Part shown: piece by piece, positions 8,988 to 18,070 of the stretch
Position numbering within the stretch: position 1 is the stretch's first letter
How the letters are laid out: every line of letters begins with the position of its first letter
Assembly: GCA_026709815.1 (NCBI GenBank)
Contig: JAPOSH010000196.1
Coordinates: 1-52,116 of the forward strand
DNA: 52,116 nt
Direction of reading: 5' to 3'
DNA from: a bacterium
Lineage (GTDB): Bacteria; Actinomycetota; Acidimicrobiia; Acidimicrobiales; Bin134
Program-made: the position numbers and the translations under genes
The notes under the pieces: generated by a model
Seen by the model: only the letters and a program-made list of their open reading frames with translations
Database searches by the model: none
Told to the model about the DNA's origin: nothing

Positions 8988-11423
8988 ATGAGCCGTTTTT
9001 TCAATGCGTACGGAAGTTTCGTGGGCCGCCGCCCCCGAACGGCGTTGGCCCTGGTGGTGGCCATTACCGCGGTGGCCGTGTTCGGCTTCACGCTGACCGC
9101 CGATCTGGCCGACGACCAAGACGCATTTCTGCCCGATGGCAGCGAGCTGGTGGCCGCCATGGACAAGCTGGCTGAGAGCTTCCCCGAGTCGGCTCAGCTC
9201 GAGGCCGTGCAGGTGGTGCTGCGCGGCGATGTGCTGAGCCCTCGCGGCGCAGCGGACTCGATGGCCGCCACCGATGCCGTGGCCTCGCATCTGCAACTGG
9301 CCCGCTACCTGTTCTCGGCCCGCCCGCCGACCTCGCCCGGCCATGTGCTGTCGGCCATGTTCGCCGGTCCCGACGGCGATCCGAGCAGCGTCGACCTGGC
9401 CGCCTTCTCGCAGAGCGACATCGACGCCGCCATGGCCGACGAGGCCAACGCCGAGCTGGTGTCGGTGCTCGACGAGCTGGTGGCGTTGGACGACGACGGC
9501 TCGGTGGCGGGGGGAATCGGCGTGGTGACGGTGAACGCCGCCGGCGACGACGAAGGCCTCGCCGAGGCCCAGGTTTCCGCTGACGACGCGGTGCAGGCGC
9601 TGACGCTGGGCGGGCTGGATTCGGCCCGCACCTTGTCTTCGGGCAAGGTCGAGAAAGAGTCCAGCGACTCGTCGAGATCGTCGCTGGGCCTTCTGATGGC
9701 GCTGGCTTTCGTGGTGATTGCCGTGCTGTTGGTGCTGTTCTACCGGCAGGTCAGCGACGTGCTGTTAAGCCTGGGCGGGCTGGTGCTGACCATCGTCTGG
9801 GCCCTGGGCTTCCAGGGCTTGTTGGGCCCCGACGGGCTGGATCTCATCGGAGCGCCCAGCGTGTTGGGCCAGATGGTGCCCGTGATGCTCATCGGCCTCT
9901 GCGTCGACTACGGGATCCAGGGCACGTCGCGCTACCGCGAGATACGGGCGGAGGGCGCCGAGGCGTCAGAGGGCATCTCGAGGTCGGTGGCCGCCGTCAT
10001 GCTGCCGCTGGGCCTCGCCGGGGTGACCACCATCGTCAGCTTCCTCACCAACCTGTTCGGAGAGATCTCCGGTCTGGCCGATTTCGGCGTGGTCGCCGGG
10101 GTGGGTGTGGCTTGCGGGCTGTTCGTCTTCCTCACCGGGGTCCCCGCGGTGCGAGTGCTGCTTGACCGCCGCAGCCAGGCCCGGGGCAGACAGCCGGTGG
10201 TCCGCCCCATTGAGCAGGCCATTCCAGGAGCGGGACGCCTGGTGGGGGCCATCGGCGCGGCCACGGTGCGCAAGCCTGCGGCCATCTTGGTTCTGGCCGG
10301 TGTGGTCACGCTGTTCTTCGGAGTCATGGCCGCCAGGCTGGGCACCTCGTTCAACTCGACTGATTTTCTGCCCGACGGCACCGAGAGCAAAGAAGACGTG
10401 GTGTTCGTCACCGACAAGCTCGGTGGCAACACCGAACCGGTCACGGTGATCGTCGAAGCGGAGATATCCAATGACCGCACCATCCGCAACCTTCTGGACT
10501 TCGCCTCGGCCATCGAAGACCCCTTGCAGCGCCCCGAGGCGGTGAGCAGCGGCATAACGCAGTCGATGGGCACCTACTACGAGGGCCTGCCGGCGTCGAT
10601 CACCGCCCAGGTGGAAAGCGAAATCGCTCTGAACCGCGCCAATCCCCTGGTGGTGGAGCAGGCAGCCATCGACAGGGCTTTAGACCTAATCCGCTCCCAC
10701 GACCCAGCCAGGTTCGACTCCGTGGTCGCCCTCGGCGCTGACGGCGCGCAGGACCGCACCATCTTGCAGTTCAACGCGCTGACCGGCGACGCCGAGCGCA
10801 CTCGCGATCTGTTCGCCCAGGTGGACGGCTTGTGGTTCGGCGACGACGAGGACATCACGCCGATTGCCGGTGAAATCACATCGCTGGAGGTTTCCGACAG
10901 CCTGACCGACAGTCAGGCCACCTCGATCGCGTTGACCATCGTGGCTGCCCTAGTGGTGCTGGTGCTCTTCTTCTGGTTCACGGAGTTCCGCCCCATGCTG
11001 GCCATCCTCGCGGTGCTGCCCATCTTGTTGGTGCTGGTTTGGGTGCTGGGCACCATGACGCTGCTGGGCTTCGATTACAACGTGGTGACCGCTCTCATCA
11101 CCGCCTTGTCCATCGGAATCGGTGTGGACTACACCATCCACATCACCCACCGTTTCATCGAGGAGCGCGAGCATCGCGGCCGGTCGATCGGCGAGGCCAT
11201 CAACACCACGATGCGCACCACCGGCGGGGCGCTGATCGGCTCCGCGCTGACAACCGCCCTGGGCTTTGCGGTCCTGGTGTTCAGCCCGATCCCCCCAATG
11301 GGCCAGTTCGGCCTGCTCACCGCCATCACCGTCTCGTATTCGCTGATCGCCGCGGTCGTGGTGCTGCCTCCCATGCTGGTGACCTGGGCCGCCTATCACC
11401 ACTGGCGCCGGTCCCAGGGCTGA
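8988..11423 (+). CDS. MMPL-family (RND superfamily) membrane transporter
   Basis: The ATG at 8988 (MSRFFNAYGSFVGRRPRTALALVV...) opens an 811 aa protein. It has two blocks of about 6 TM helices separated by large soluble domains, the typical MMPL architecture. Confidence 0.85.
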   Translation: MSRFFNAYGSFVGRRPRTALALVVAITAVAVFGFTLTADLADDQDAFLPDGSELVAAMDKLAESFPESAQLEAVQVVLRGDVLSPRGAADSMAATDAVASHLQLARYLFSARPPTSPGHVLSAMFAGPDGDPSSVDLAAFSQSDIDAAMADEANAELVSVLDELVALDDDGSVAGGIGVVTVNAAGDDEGLAEAQVSADDAVQALTLGGLDSARTLSSGKVEKESSDSSRSSLGLLMALAFVVIAVLLVLFYRQVSDVLLSLGGLVLTIVWALGFQGLLGPDGLDLIGAPSVLGQMVPVMLIGLCVDYGIQGTSRYREIRAEGAEASEGISRSVAAVMLPLGLAGVTTIVSFLTNLFGEISGLADFGVVAGVGVACGLFVFLTGVPAVRVLLDRRSQARGRQPVVRPIEQAIPGAGRLVGAIGAATVRKPAAILVLAGVVTLFFGVMAARLGTSFNSTDFLPDGTESKEDVVFVTDKLGGNTEPVTVIVEAEISNDRTIRNLLDFASAIEDPLQRPEAVSSGITQSMGTYYEGLPASITAQVESEIALNRANPLVVEQAAIDRALDLIRSHDPARFDSVVALGADGAQDRTILQFNALTGDAERTRDLFAQVDGLWFGDDEDITPIAGEITSLEVSDSLTDSQATSIALTIVAALVVLVLFFWFTEFRPMLAILAVLPILLVLVWVLGTMTLLGFDYNVVTALITALSIGIGVDYTIHITHRFIEEREHRGRSIGEAINTTMRTTGGALIGSALTTALGFAVLVFSPIPPMGQFGLLTAITVSYSLIAAVVVLPPMLVTWAAYHHWRRSQG

Positions 11424-11493
11424 CCCCACGGCAGCGGCGCCGCATTGCCTGTTTCGCAGATCCCCGACCGCTCGGGTGGCGCCGGGGGCGCTT

Positions 11494-12441
11494 TCAGTCG
11501 ATGAGCCCGCACTGGCGGGCTCGGTCGAGGGTCACCTCGAACAGCCGGGTGGTGGCGGCGTCGATCATCATGCCCTTGTAGTTGGCCGCGCCCTGGCCTT
11601 GGGCCTCTGCGGCCCGTACCGCGTCCACCACGCCCCGGGCCTCGGCGATCTCCTCGGGGCTGGGAGCGAACACCCGGTTGGCCACTTCGATCTGGCTGGG
11701 ATGGATGCACCACTTTCCCACCCCGCCCAGCATCGAGAAGGTGGCCGCGCTCTTCTCGTAGCCGCCGGGGTTGGCGATGTTGGCATACGGCCCGTCGATG
11801 GCGTCGATGCCCGCCGCCCGGCAGGCGATGATCATGCGGGTCCGGGCGTAGTGCCACACGTCGCCGGGGTAGCGCAGGGCGGCTTCGCCGTCGGTGACCC
11901 CGATGTGGCCGAGGCGCATCCCCTGGCTGGCCGACAGGTCGCCCACTCCCAGGGTGAGGGCTTCTAGCCGGGGGCTGCACCGGGCGATCTCGTCGGCGGT
12001 CTGGATGGCCTCGACTTCTTCCACCAGGCACTCGATGCCGATGCGGCCCACCTCGAGGCCCAGCTTGAGTTCGAGCTGAGTCAGCATGTCGTCCACGAAC
12101 CACACCTCGCGGGGCCCTTTGATCTTGGGCACCATGATCACGTCGATGTTGGCCCCGGCGCCGGTGACCACCTCGGCGATGTCGTCGTGGCACCACTGGG
12201 TGTGGACGCCGTTGATGCGATACGAGCGGATCTTGCGACCCCAGTCCAGTTCGTTGAGCCCGGCGATGATGTTGCGGCGAGCCCCTACCTTGGCCGCCGG
12301 GGCCACCGCGTCCTCAAGGTCCAAGAACACCATGTCGGCCTCGCTCTGGGCCGCCTTGGCGATCATCTTGGCGGAGTGGCCGGGGGTGGACAGCTCCGAT
12401 CGCCTCATGTGGGTCCGCCTTTCCCGTCGCTCTTGGCTCAT
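11494..12441 (-). CDS. HpcH/HpaI-CitE family CoA-ester lyase (malyl-/citramalyl-CoA lyase-like)
   Basis: RSELSTPGHSAKMIAKAAQSEADMVFLDLEDAVAP...VMVPKI...WCIHPSQIEVAN is the CitE-like/Mcl-like pattern. The start at 12441 overlaps the upstream stop as ATGA. An internal ATG (MRRSEL) is an alternative start. Confidence 0.85.
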   Translation of the reverse strand: MSQERRERRTHMRRSELSTPGHSAKMIAKAAQSEADMVFLDLEDAVAPAAKVGARRNIIAGLNELDWGRKIRSYRINGVHTQWCHDDIAEVVTGAGANIDVIMVPKIKGPREVWFVDDMLTQLELKLGLEVGRIGIECLVEEVEAIQTADEIARCSPRLEALTLGVGDLSASQGMRLGHIGVTDGEAALRYPGDVWHYARTRMIIACRAAGIDAIDGPYANIANPGGYEKSAATFSMLGGVGKWCIHPSQIEVANRVFAPSPEEIAEARGVVDAVRAAEAQGQGAANYKGMMIDAATTRLFEVTLDRARQCGLID

Positions 12442-13703
12442 TGGCTCTCCTTTGACTTCAATTCGGCTGCCTTCAATTCAGCCATCACCTCGTCGGTGTG
12501 CTCGCCCAGCTTGGGCGCGGGGCGGTACACCCCAGTGGGCGACTCGGCGAAGCGGATCGGCGTGTTGGGGGTCACCACCGGTCGGGCGGAGCCGGGGTGA
12601 TCCACTGCCACCAGCATCTTGCGGGCCTTCACCTGCTCGTTGCCAGCCAGGTCGGCGGCGTTGTTGACCGGCCCGCAGGGCACCTGATCGGCCAGAGCGT
12701 CCACCACCTCGGCCTTGGTGCGCCCGCCGGTCCACGCGGTGATCGCCTCGCGGACTTCGTCGCGGTGCAGCACCCTCCGCCGGGCGCTCTTGTAGCGGTC
12801 GTGGTCGATCATGTCCTCCCGCCCGATGATCCGGCACAGCCGCTCCCAGTGCCGGGGGCCGGGCGCGGCGATGGCCACCTGACCGTCGGCGGTGTCGTAC
12901 AGCTCGAACGGGCACAGCGAGGGGTGCTCACTGCCGCGGGGGGCTTGGATCTCCCCGGTGTAGGTGTAGCGCCAGGTCATCGACTCGCACAGCGCCATCA
13001 GGGCGTCCACCATCCCCACGTCCACGAACTGCCCCTCGCCGGTGCGGCGGGCGTGGTGGAGGGCGGCCAGAATGCCCGACACCATCATGGCGGCGGGATA
13101 CAGATCACCCACGCTGGGGCCGCTGGCCACCCGGATGCCGTCTTCGGTGCCGGTGTAGCTGATGAGCCCCGACATCGATTGGGCCACGATGTCGTAGGCC
13201 GGCCAATAGGTGTAGGGCCCCTCGCCGGTGCGGGGATCGCCGAACCCCCGGATGGCGCCGTACACCAGGCCGGGCCGGCGCTCTCGCAGCACCTCATAGC
13301 CCAGGCCGAGCTGGTCCATGACCCCGGCCCGATAGTTCTCGACCACCACGTCGGCCGTCTCCACCAGCCGGAGGAAGGCCTCTGCGCCGTCGGGTTCTTT
13401 GAGGTCGAGCACGACACTGCGCTTGTTGCGGTTGTTGCTGGCGAAGTATCCGCCGAAGAAGTGATCCTCGTCGGCCTCGGTATAGGGGCCGATCACCCGG
13501 ACCGAGTCGCCGTGGGGAGGCTCCACCTTGATCACGTCGGCGCCCATGTCGGCCAAGATCATGGTGCAGAACGGCCCGGCCAGCGCCTGGGTGAGGTCCA
13601 CGATGCGAACATCGGCCAGCGGCCCGGAGCGCCCGGGGATCATCGACGCGGCATGCTCATGGGCGGTGAGGTAGCGGCCCGATTCGTCGAAGGCGGCGCT
13701 CAC
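12438..13703 (-). CDS. CaiB/BaiF family (class III) CoA-transferase
   Basis: LADVRIVDLTQALAGPFCTMILADMGADVIKVEPP...NRNKRS...ENYRAGV is the family III CoA-transferase signature. The GTG at 13703 overlaps the upstream stop as GTGA. The listed 828 aa ORF is an upstream read-through in a shadow frame. Confidence 0.9.
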   Translation of the reverse strand: MSAAFDESGRYLTAHEHAASMIPGRSGPLADVRIVDLTQALAGPFCTMILADMGADVIKVEPPHGDSVRVIGPYTEADEDHFFGGYFASNNRNKRSVVLDLKEPDGAEAFLRLVETADVVVENYRAGVMDQLGLGYEVLRERRPGLVYGAIRGFGDPRTGEGPYTYWPAYDIVAQSMSGLISYTGTEDGIRVASGPSVGDLYPAAMMVSGILAALHHARRTGEGQFVDVGMVDALMALCESMTWRYTYTGEIQAPRGSEHPSLCPFELYDTADGQVAIAAPGPRHWERLCRIIGREDMIDHDRYKSARRRVLHRDEVREAITAWTGGRTKAEVVDALADQVPCGPVNNAADLAGNEQVKARKMLVAVDHPGSARPVVTPNTPIRFAESPTGVYRPAPKLGEHTDEVMAELKAAELKSKESQ

Positions 13704-14188
13704 TGCGGCCCCCAGTGGCTGCGCCGCTTGATCAGCACCAGCCGCTCGATCTCGCACACCACGTCGCCGTGCTGGTTGCGGCCCCAGTGCTTGAACCGCA
13801 CCACCCCGGCGTCGTCGCGCTCGGGGTCTTCGGCGGTGTCGAGCACTTCGGTGTAGGCGGTGATGGTGTCGCCGTGGTGTACCGGCCTCTTGAACCGCAC
13901 GGCGTCGAGACCCAGCTCGCAGAGCGCGTTCTCCGCGGTGTCCTGGCTGGCCAGCCCCACCGTCATCGAACCGGTGATTAGCCCGAACACCAGGCGTCCG
14001 TCGCCCAGGGGCGAGCCGGCCATGATCTCCTCGTTCCAGTGCGACTGGGCGGTGTTCATCACCTGCTTGGAGAGGTAATTGTTCTCCACCTCGTCGATGG
14101 TGGCCGACCGGGCGTGGCGCATGCGCCGGCCCACCGCGAAATCCTCGAAATAGTTGCTCGACCCGGTGAGGTTTGTGAGCGAGTCCAT
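13700..14188 (-). CDS. MaoC-family (hot-dog fold) acyl-/enoyl-CoA hydratase subunit
   Basis: 162 aa single hot-dog domain (FEDFAVGRR...VRFKRPVHHGDTITAYTEVL). Confidence 0.8.
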   Translation of the reverse strand: MDSLTNLTGSSNYFEDFAVGRRMRHARSATIDEVENNYLSKQVMNTAQSHWNEEIMAGSPLGDGRLVFGLITGSMTVGLASQDTAENALCELGLDAVRFKRPVHHGDTITAYTEVLDTAEDPERDDAGVVRFKHWGRNQHGDVVCEIERLVLIKRRSHWGPQ

Positions 14189-14197
14189 TGTGTTCGC

Positions 14198-15409
14198 CTA
14201 TCTCAACGGGGAGGGGGGCAGCAGATGGTCGGACACGATGCGCTGCATGATCTCGCTGGTGCCCTCGAATATCTTGGTGAGGCGGGCGTCGCGCCAGTAG
14301 CGCTCGACGGGGAAGTCGGTGGTGTATCCCGCGCCGCCGTGGATCTGGAGCGCCTCGGAGGTGACCCGCTCCGACATCTCCGATGCCAGGTACTTCACCA
14401 TCGCGCCGCTCATGTCGGATTTCTCGCCTGCGTCGGCGTTGGCGGCCACCTGGTACATGAGGGCGCGACACGCTTCGATCTCCGACGCCATGGCAGCGAT
14501 CTTGAACCGGGTGACTTGGAAATCTCCGATCGGCCGCCCGAACTGCTCCCGCTGTTGCGCATAGGCGATGGAGTCCTCCAGCGCTCCCCGGGCGAGGCCG
14601 ATGGAGCGGGCCGCGGTGTGGATGCGGGGGGTGGCCATGGCGGCCGCGGCCCGCTTGAACCCGTCGTCGGCCTCGGCCTCGGCCCGCTCGCGTCCGATGA
14701 GGCAGTCGTCGGGCACGAAGCAGTCGTCGAACGAGAGCTCGAAGGTGCGCCAACCGTGATAGCCGATCTTTCTGATCGGATTGGCTGACACGCCCCCGGG
14801 GAACCCTCCCGGCGCCTTGTGCACCGCGAACTGCCGGATTCCCGAATGGCGCTTGTCGGGGTCGTAGGGCTTGTTGCGGGCCACCACCAGGATGCAGTCG
14901 GCCTGATCGGCGAACGTGCACCACATCTTCTGGCCGTTGAGCAGCCAGCCCCCGTCAACCTTGGCCGCCCGGGTCCTCACCGACGCGATGTCCGACCCTG
15001 CGCCGGGCTCCGACATGGCAAAGCACCCCAGCCACTCGCCCCGGGCGGCCAGCGGCAGAAACCTCTCGCGTTGGGCGGGGTTCAGCCACAGGGCGATTCC
15101 CGAGCGGGCGATGATGCTGGCCACGCTCAACCACGCCCGCGACAGCTCCTCGGTGGCCAGCGCGTACTCGAACACGCCCAGCCCCAGCCCGCCGCAGCGC
15201 TCCGGCATCATGATGCCGAAGAATCCCAGCTCGCCCATCTCCTCGCGCAGCCCGTCGGGGATGAGGCCACGCTCGGGGTCGAGCCGATTGGCGATGGGCA
15301 GCACCTTGTCCATGGCGAAGCTGCGGGCCATCTCCTGGATGGCTTCCCGCTCATCGGTGCGGTAGGGCGCCGGGATCGTCGGGCGGGGTTCTACCAGGGT
15401 TCGGGCCAT
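14198..15409 (-). CDS. Acyl-CoA dehydrogenase
   Basis: The ATG at 15409 (MARTLVEP...) opens a 404 aa protein with CFAMSEPGAGSD, QKMWCT, a catalytic region ending IFEGTSEIMQ, and QREQFGRPIGDFQ. Confidence 0.9.
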   Translation of the reverse strand: MARTLVEPRPTIPAPYRTDEREAIQEMARSFAMDKVLPIANRLDPERGLIPDGLREEMGELGFFGIMMPERCGGLGLGVFEYALATEELSRAWLSVASIIARSGIALWLNPAQRERFLPLAARGEWLGCFAMSEPGAGSDIASVRTRAAKVDGGWLLNGQKMWCTFADQADCILVVARNKPYDPDKRHSGIRQFAVHKAPGGFPGGVSANPIRKIGYHGWRTFELSFDDCFVPDDCLIGRERAEAEADDGFKRAAAAMATPRIHTAARSIGLARGALEDSIAYAQQREQFGRPIGDFQVTRFKIAAMASEIEACRALMYQVAANADAGEKSDMSGAMVKYLASEMSERVTSEALQIHGGAGYTTDFPVERYWRDARLTKIFEGTSEIMQRIVSDHLLPPSPLR

Positions 15410-15411
15410 GC

Positions 15412-15909
15412 TCAGTCCCGCGACGCCCGGCGCCGCTTGGCTACCAGATTGGTGCGCTGGTACTCGAGCACCAGTTCGCCCCGCTGGTTGCGGGCCTCGG
15501 TGTGCCAGGTGACGATCCCGGTGCTGGGCCTGCTGGCGGACTCCCGGGCCTCGAGCACCCTGGAGCCGGCCGTCAGCGTGTCGCCCGGGTAGACCGGCTG
15601 GTGGAACCGGACGCCCTCCATGCCCAGGAACGGCCCCCCCGTCTCGCTCAAATCCTCCACCGACAGCCCGACCACGGTACACAGCACCAGCATGGGGTTC
15701 ACCACCACGTCGGGATGGCCGTGGGCCCGGGCGAACTCCGCGTTGAGGTGCATGGGGTTCCAGTTGCAGGTTGCGGTGGAGAACAGCGCATTGTCGCCGC
15801 TGGTGATAGTCCGCCCCCAGTGGTGGCCGAACGCCCGGCCTGCCGGGAAATCTTCGAACTGGTTGCCGTGGGGCACCAGCGGAAAGCTCTCGAAATCGGG
15901 CTCGCCCAT
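15412..15909 (-). CDS. MaoC-family (hot-dog fold) hydratase subunit
   Basis: 165 aa (FEDFPAGRAFGHHWGRTITSGDNALFSTATCNWNPMHLN...VRFHQPVYPGDTL). This is the MaoC dehydratase pattern seen in mesaconyl- and itaconyl-CoA hydratase-type enzymes. Confidence 0.8.
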   Translation of the reverse strand: MGEPDFESFPLVPHGNQFEDFPAGRAFGHHWGRTITSGDNALFSTATCNWNPMHLNAEFARAHGHPDVVVNPMLVLCTVVGLSVEDLSETGGPFLGMEGVRFHQPVYPGDTLTAGSRVLEARESASRPSTGIVTWHTEARNQRGELVLEYQRTNLVAKRRRASRD

Positions 15910-15967
15910 CAGCCTCCGACGCTAACAACTTCTTGACAATCGCGCGTCGGCGATCAACCATTGGTCC

Positions 15968-16771
15968 GTGACCGTGGAGGCTGTTGCGGCGCACGAGGCG
16001 TTCCACCACCGGATTCTGGAAGTGGCCCGCACTCTCACCGAGGCCGAGCAGATCGCGCCGTCGGCGTGTGCGGGGTGGCGGGTGCGCGACGTGGTGGCTC
16101 ACATCGGCGCCGGTGCCCGCAACCTGATCGACCCGCTTCCGGTGCCCGATGAGCGGCTGCCCCTGCCCTCAGTGCGCGAGCGGGAGCACGACGTGCATGT
16201 GGACATCCGCCGAAGCTGGCCGATGGCCGAGGTCGTCGAAGAGCTCGACCACTACGGCGCTGAGCGGCTGGCCCGGCTTTCGGCCCTCCAAGAGGAACCG
16301 CTGGCCTCGGCGCCGCTGGAGGTCCCCGGCTTGGGCACCTACCCCATGCATGCGGCGGCCAACGGCTTGGCCTTCGACTGCTTCTGCCACCTCTACCACG
16401 ACATCGCCGCACCCGGCGGCCCCGTTCAGCGAGAGCTGCCCGCGCCCGCCCACGAGGAGCTGTATCCGGTGGTGCAGTGGATGATGTGGGGGCTGCCGCA
16501 GATGCAGGGGCCCGAGCTCGACGAATCGCTCATCGCGCCGATCACCATCTGCCTGACCGGCCCCGGCGAGAGCATCTGGACGGTCCGCCGCCCCGATCCC
16601 GACGGCGGCCTGGTTGTCGAGGAAGCAGGAGGGGGCGATGCGGCGGTCACCTCTGCTGCCTTCGACTTCGTGTCGTGGGGAACGGCCCGCACCCCGTGGC
16701 GGGCGGCCTGCGAAATCGATGGCGACGCAGGTCTGGCATCCGGCTTCCTGTCCACCCTGAACATCGTCTGA
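15968..16771 (+). CDS. Maleylpyruvate isomerase-family (DinB-like) mycothiol-dependent enzyme
   Basis: The N-terminal pattern ...TEAEQIAPSACAGWRVRDVVAHIG... is typical of the TIGR03083/MDMPI_N family. Confidence 0.6.
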   Translation: MTVEAVAAHEAFHHRILEVARTLTEAEQIAPSACAGWRVRDVVAHIGAGARNLIDPLPVPDERLPLPSVREREHDVHVDIRRSWPMAEVVEELDHYGAERLARLSALQEEPLASAPLEVPGLGTYPMHAAANGLAFDCFCHLYHDIAAPGGPVQRELPAPAHEELYPVVQWMMWGLPQMQGPELDESLIAPITICLTGPGESIWTVRRPDPDGGLVVEEAGGGDAAVTSAAFDFVSWGTARTPWRAACEIDGDAGLASGFLSTLNIV

Positions 16772-16799
16772 GCGGCGATCCACAAGCGGAGGTGCCCAA

Positions 16800-18044
16800 A
16801 TGAGCCTTCAACCCGGTGCTGTCAACCTGGCCAAGCAGGACGACATCGCCCGTTTCGGCGCTGCGCCCTATGAGTACTTCGAGGTGCTGCGCCAGCAGGC
16901 GCCGGTGTTCTGGAACCCGCCGCCCGAGCCCCAGAACCCCGGGTATCTGCCGTGCCCCGGCTTCTGGGTGCTGTCGAAGTACGAGGACGTGGCCCTGGCC
17001 TCCAAAGACCACGAGCGGTTCTCGGCGTGGGAGAACTCCGTGCTGTGGACCAACGTGCGGGAAGACCCGGCCGAGCTGGCCGCCCAGCGGGCGGGGTTGT
17101 TGGGCATGGACCCGCCCCAGCACACCCAGTTCCGCCGTCTCATACAGCCGGGGCTGACCCCCCGCAAGGTGGCCGACCTGGAGCCCTTCATCCGCGGGCA
17201 CGCTCAGGAGGTGGTCGCAGAGCTGACCGAAAAAGACCAGGTGGAGTTCGTCTTCGACGTGGCCGCCGAGTTGCCGATGATCCTGTTGTGCCAGCTCATG
17301 GGCGTCCCCCAGGACCAGCGCCACGAGTACATGCGCCTGGGCAACAAGGCGGCCAGCTTCGAGCACAACCCGGAGTTCCAGAACGACATCTTGGAGCTCT
17401 ACCTGTTCCTCGACGAGGTGGTGAAGTCGCGCCGCGACGCCCTCGGCGACACCATGCTGTCGAAATATCTGGACGGCGAGGTAGACGGGCGGCACCTCAC
17501 CAGAGACGAGATCACCCAGTTCTTCTTGACGCTGTCGATCGCCGGCCACGAGACCACCCGCAACACCACCGCCCACTTCGTGCGCCTGATGGACGAGCAC
17601 CCCGACCAGAAGGCGCTGCTGCTCGAAGACCTCGATGGACGGCTGCCCAACGCGATAGAGGAGGTGCTGCGGCACTCCCCGCCGGTCATGCAGTTCTGCC
17701 GCACCGCCACCTGCGACATCGAGCTGCGCGGCGTCACCATCCCCAAAGACGACAAGGTGTATCTGTCCTACGTCTCGGCCAACCGCGACGAGGAGGTGTT
17801 CGACGACCCGAACCGGTTCGACATCGCCCGCCCCAACGCCGATCTTCACCTGGCCTTCGGCACCGGCCCCCACTTCTGCCTCGGCGCCTCTTTGGCCCGC
17901 ACCCAGCTCCGGTGCGTGCTCGGCGAGCTGTACCGGCGGCTGCCCCACATCGAGCTGGCCGGTCCGCCCACGCCCATGAACAGCGTTTGGTTCAACGGCT
18001 TGAACGCCATGCCCCTCAACGTCTGCCCGGTCTCATCCAAGTAA
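16800..18044 (+). CDS. Cytochrome P450
   Basis: Heme-binding loop FGTGPHFCLGASLAR, I-helix AGHETT and ExxR (EEVLRH). SD-like GGAGG lies upstream. Confidence 0.95.
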   Translation: MSLQPGAVNLAKQDDIARFGAAPYEYFEVLRQQAPVFWNPPPEPQNPGYLPCPGFWVLSKYEDVALASKDHERFSAWENSVLWTNVREDPAELAAQRAGLLGMDPPQHTQFRRLIQPGLTPRKVADLEPFIRGHAQEVVAELTEKDQVEFVFDVAAELPMILLCQLMGVPQDQRHEYMRLGNKAASFEHNPEFQNDILELYLFLDEVVKSRRDALGDTMLSKYLDGEVDGRHLTRDEITQFFLTLSIAGHETTRNTTAHFVRLMDEHPDQKALLLEDLDGRLPNAIEEVLRHSPPVMQFCRTATCDIELRGVTIPKDDKVYLSYVSANRDEEVFDDPNRFDIARPNADLHLAFGTGPHFCLGASLARTQLRCVLGELYRRLPHIELAGPPTPMNSVWFNGLNAMPLNVCPVSSK

Positions 18045-18070
18045 CAGGCATTGATGTCTCGCGGTTGTCA

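Noticed and set aside
16952-18064. The 794 aa ORF that appears to fuse the P450 region with the hydrolase.
   Set aside because: The first 370 codons or so are an alternative frame of the P450 gene, Arg/Pro-rich and without motifs. The real hydrolase starts after the P450 stop.
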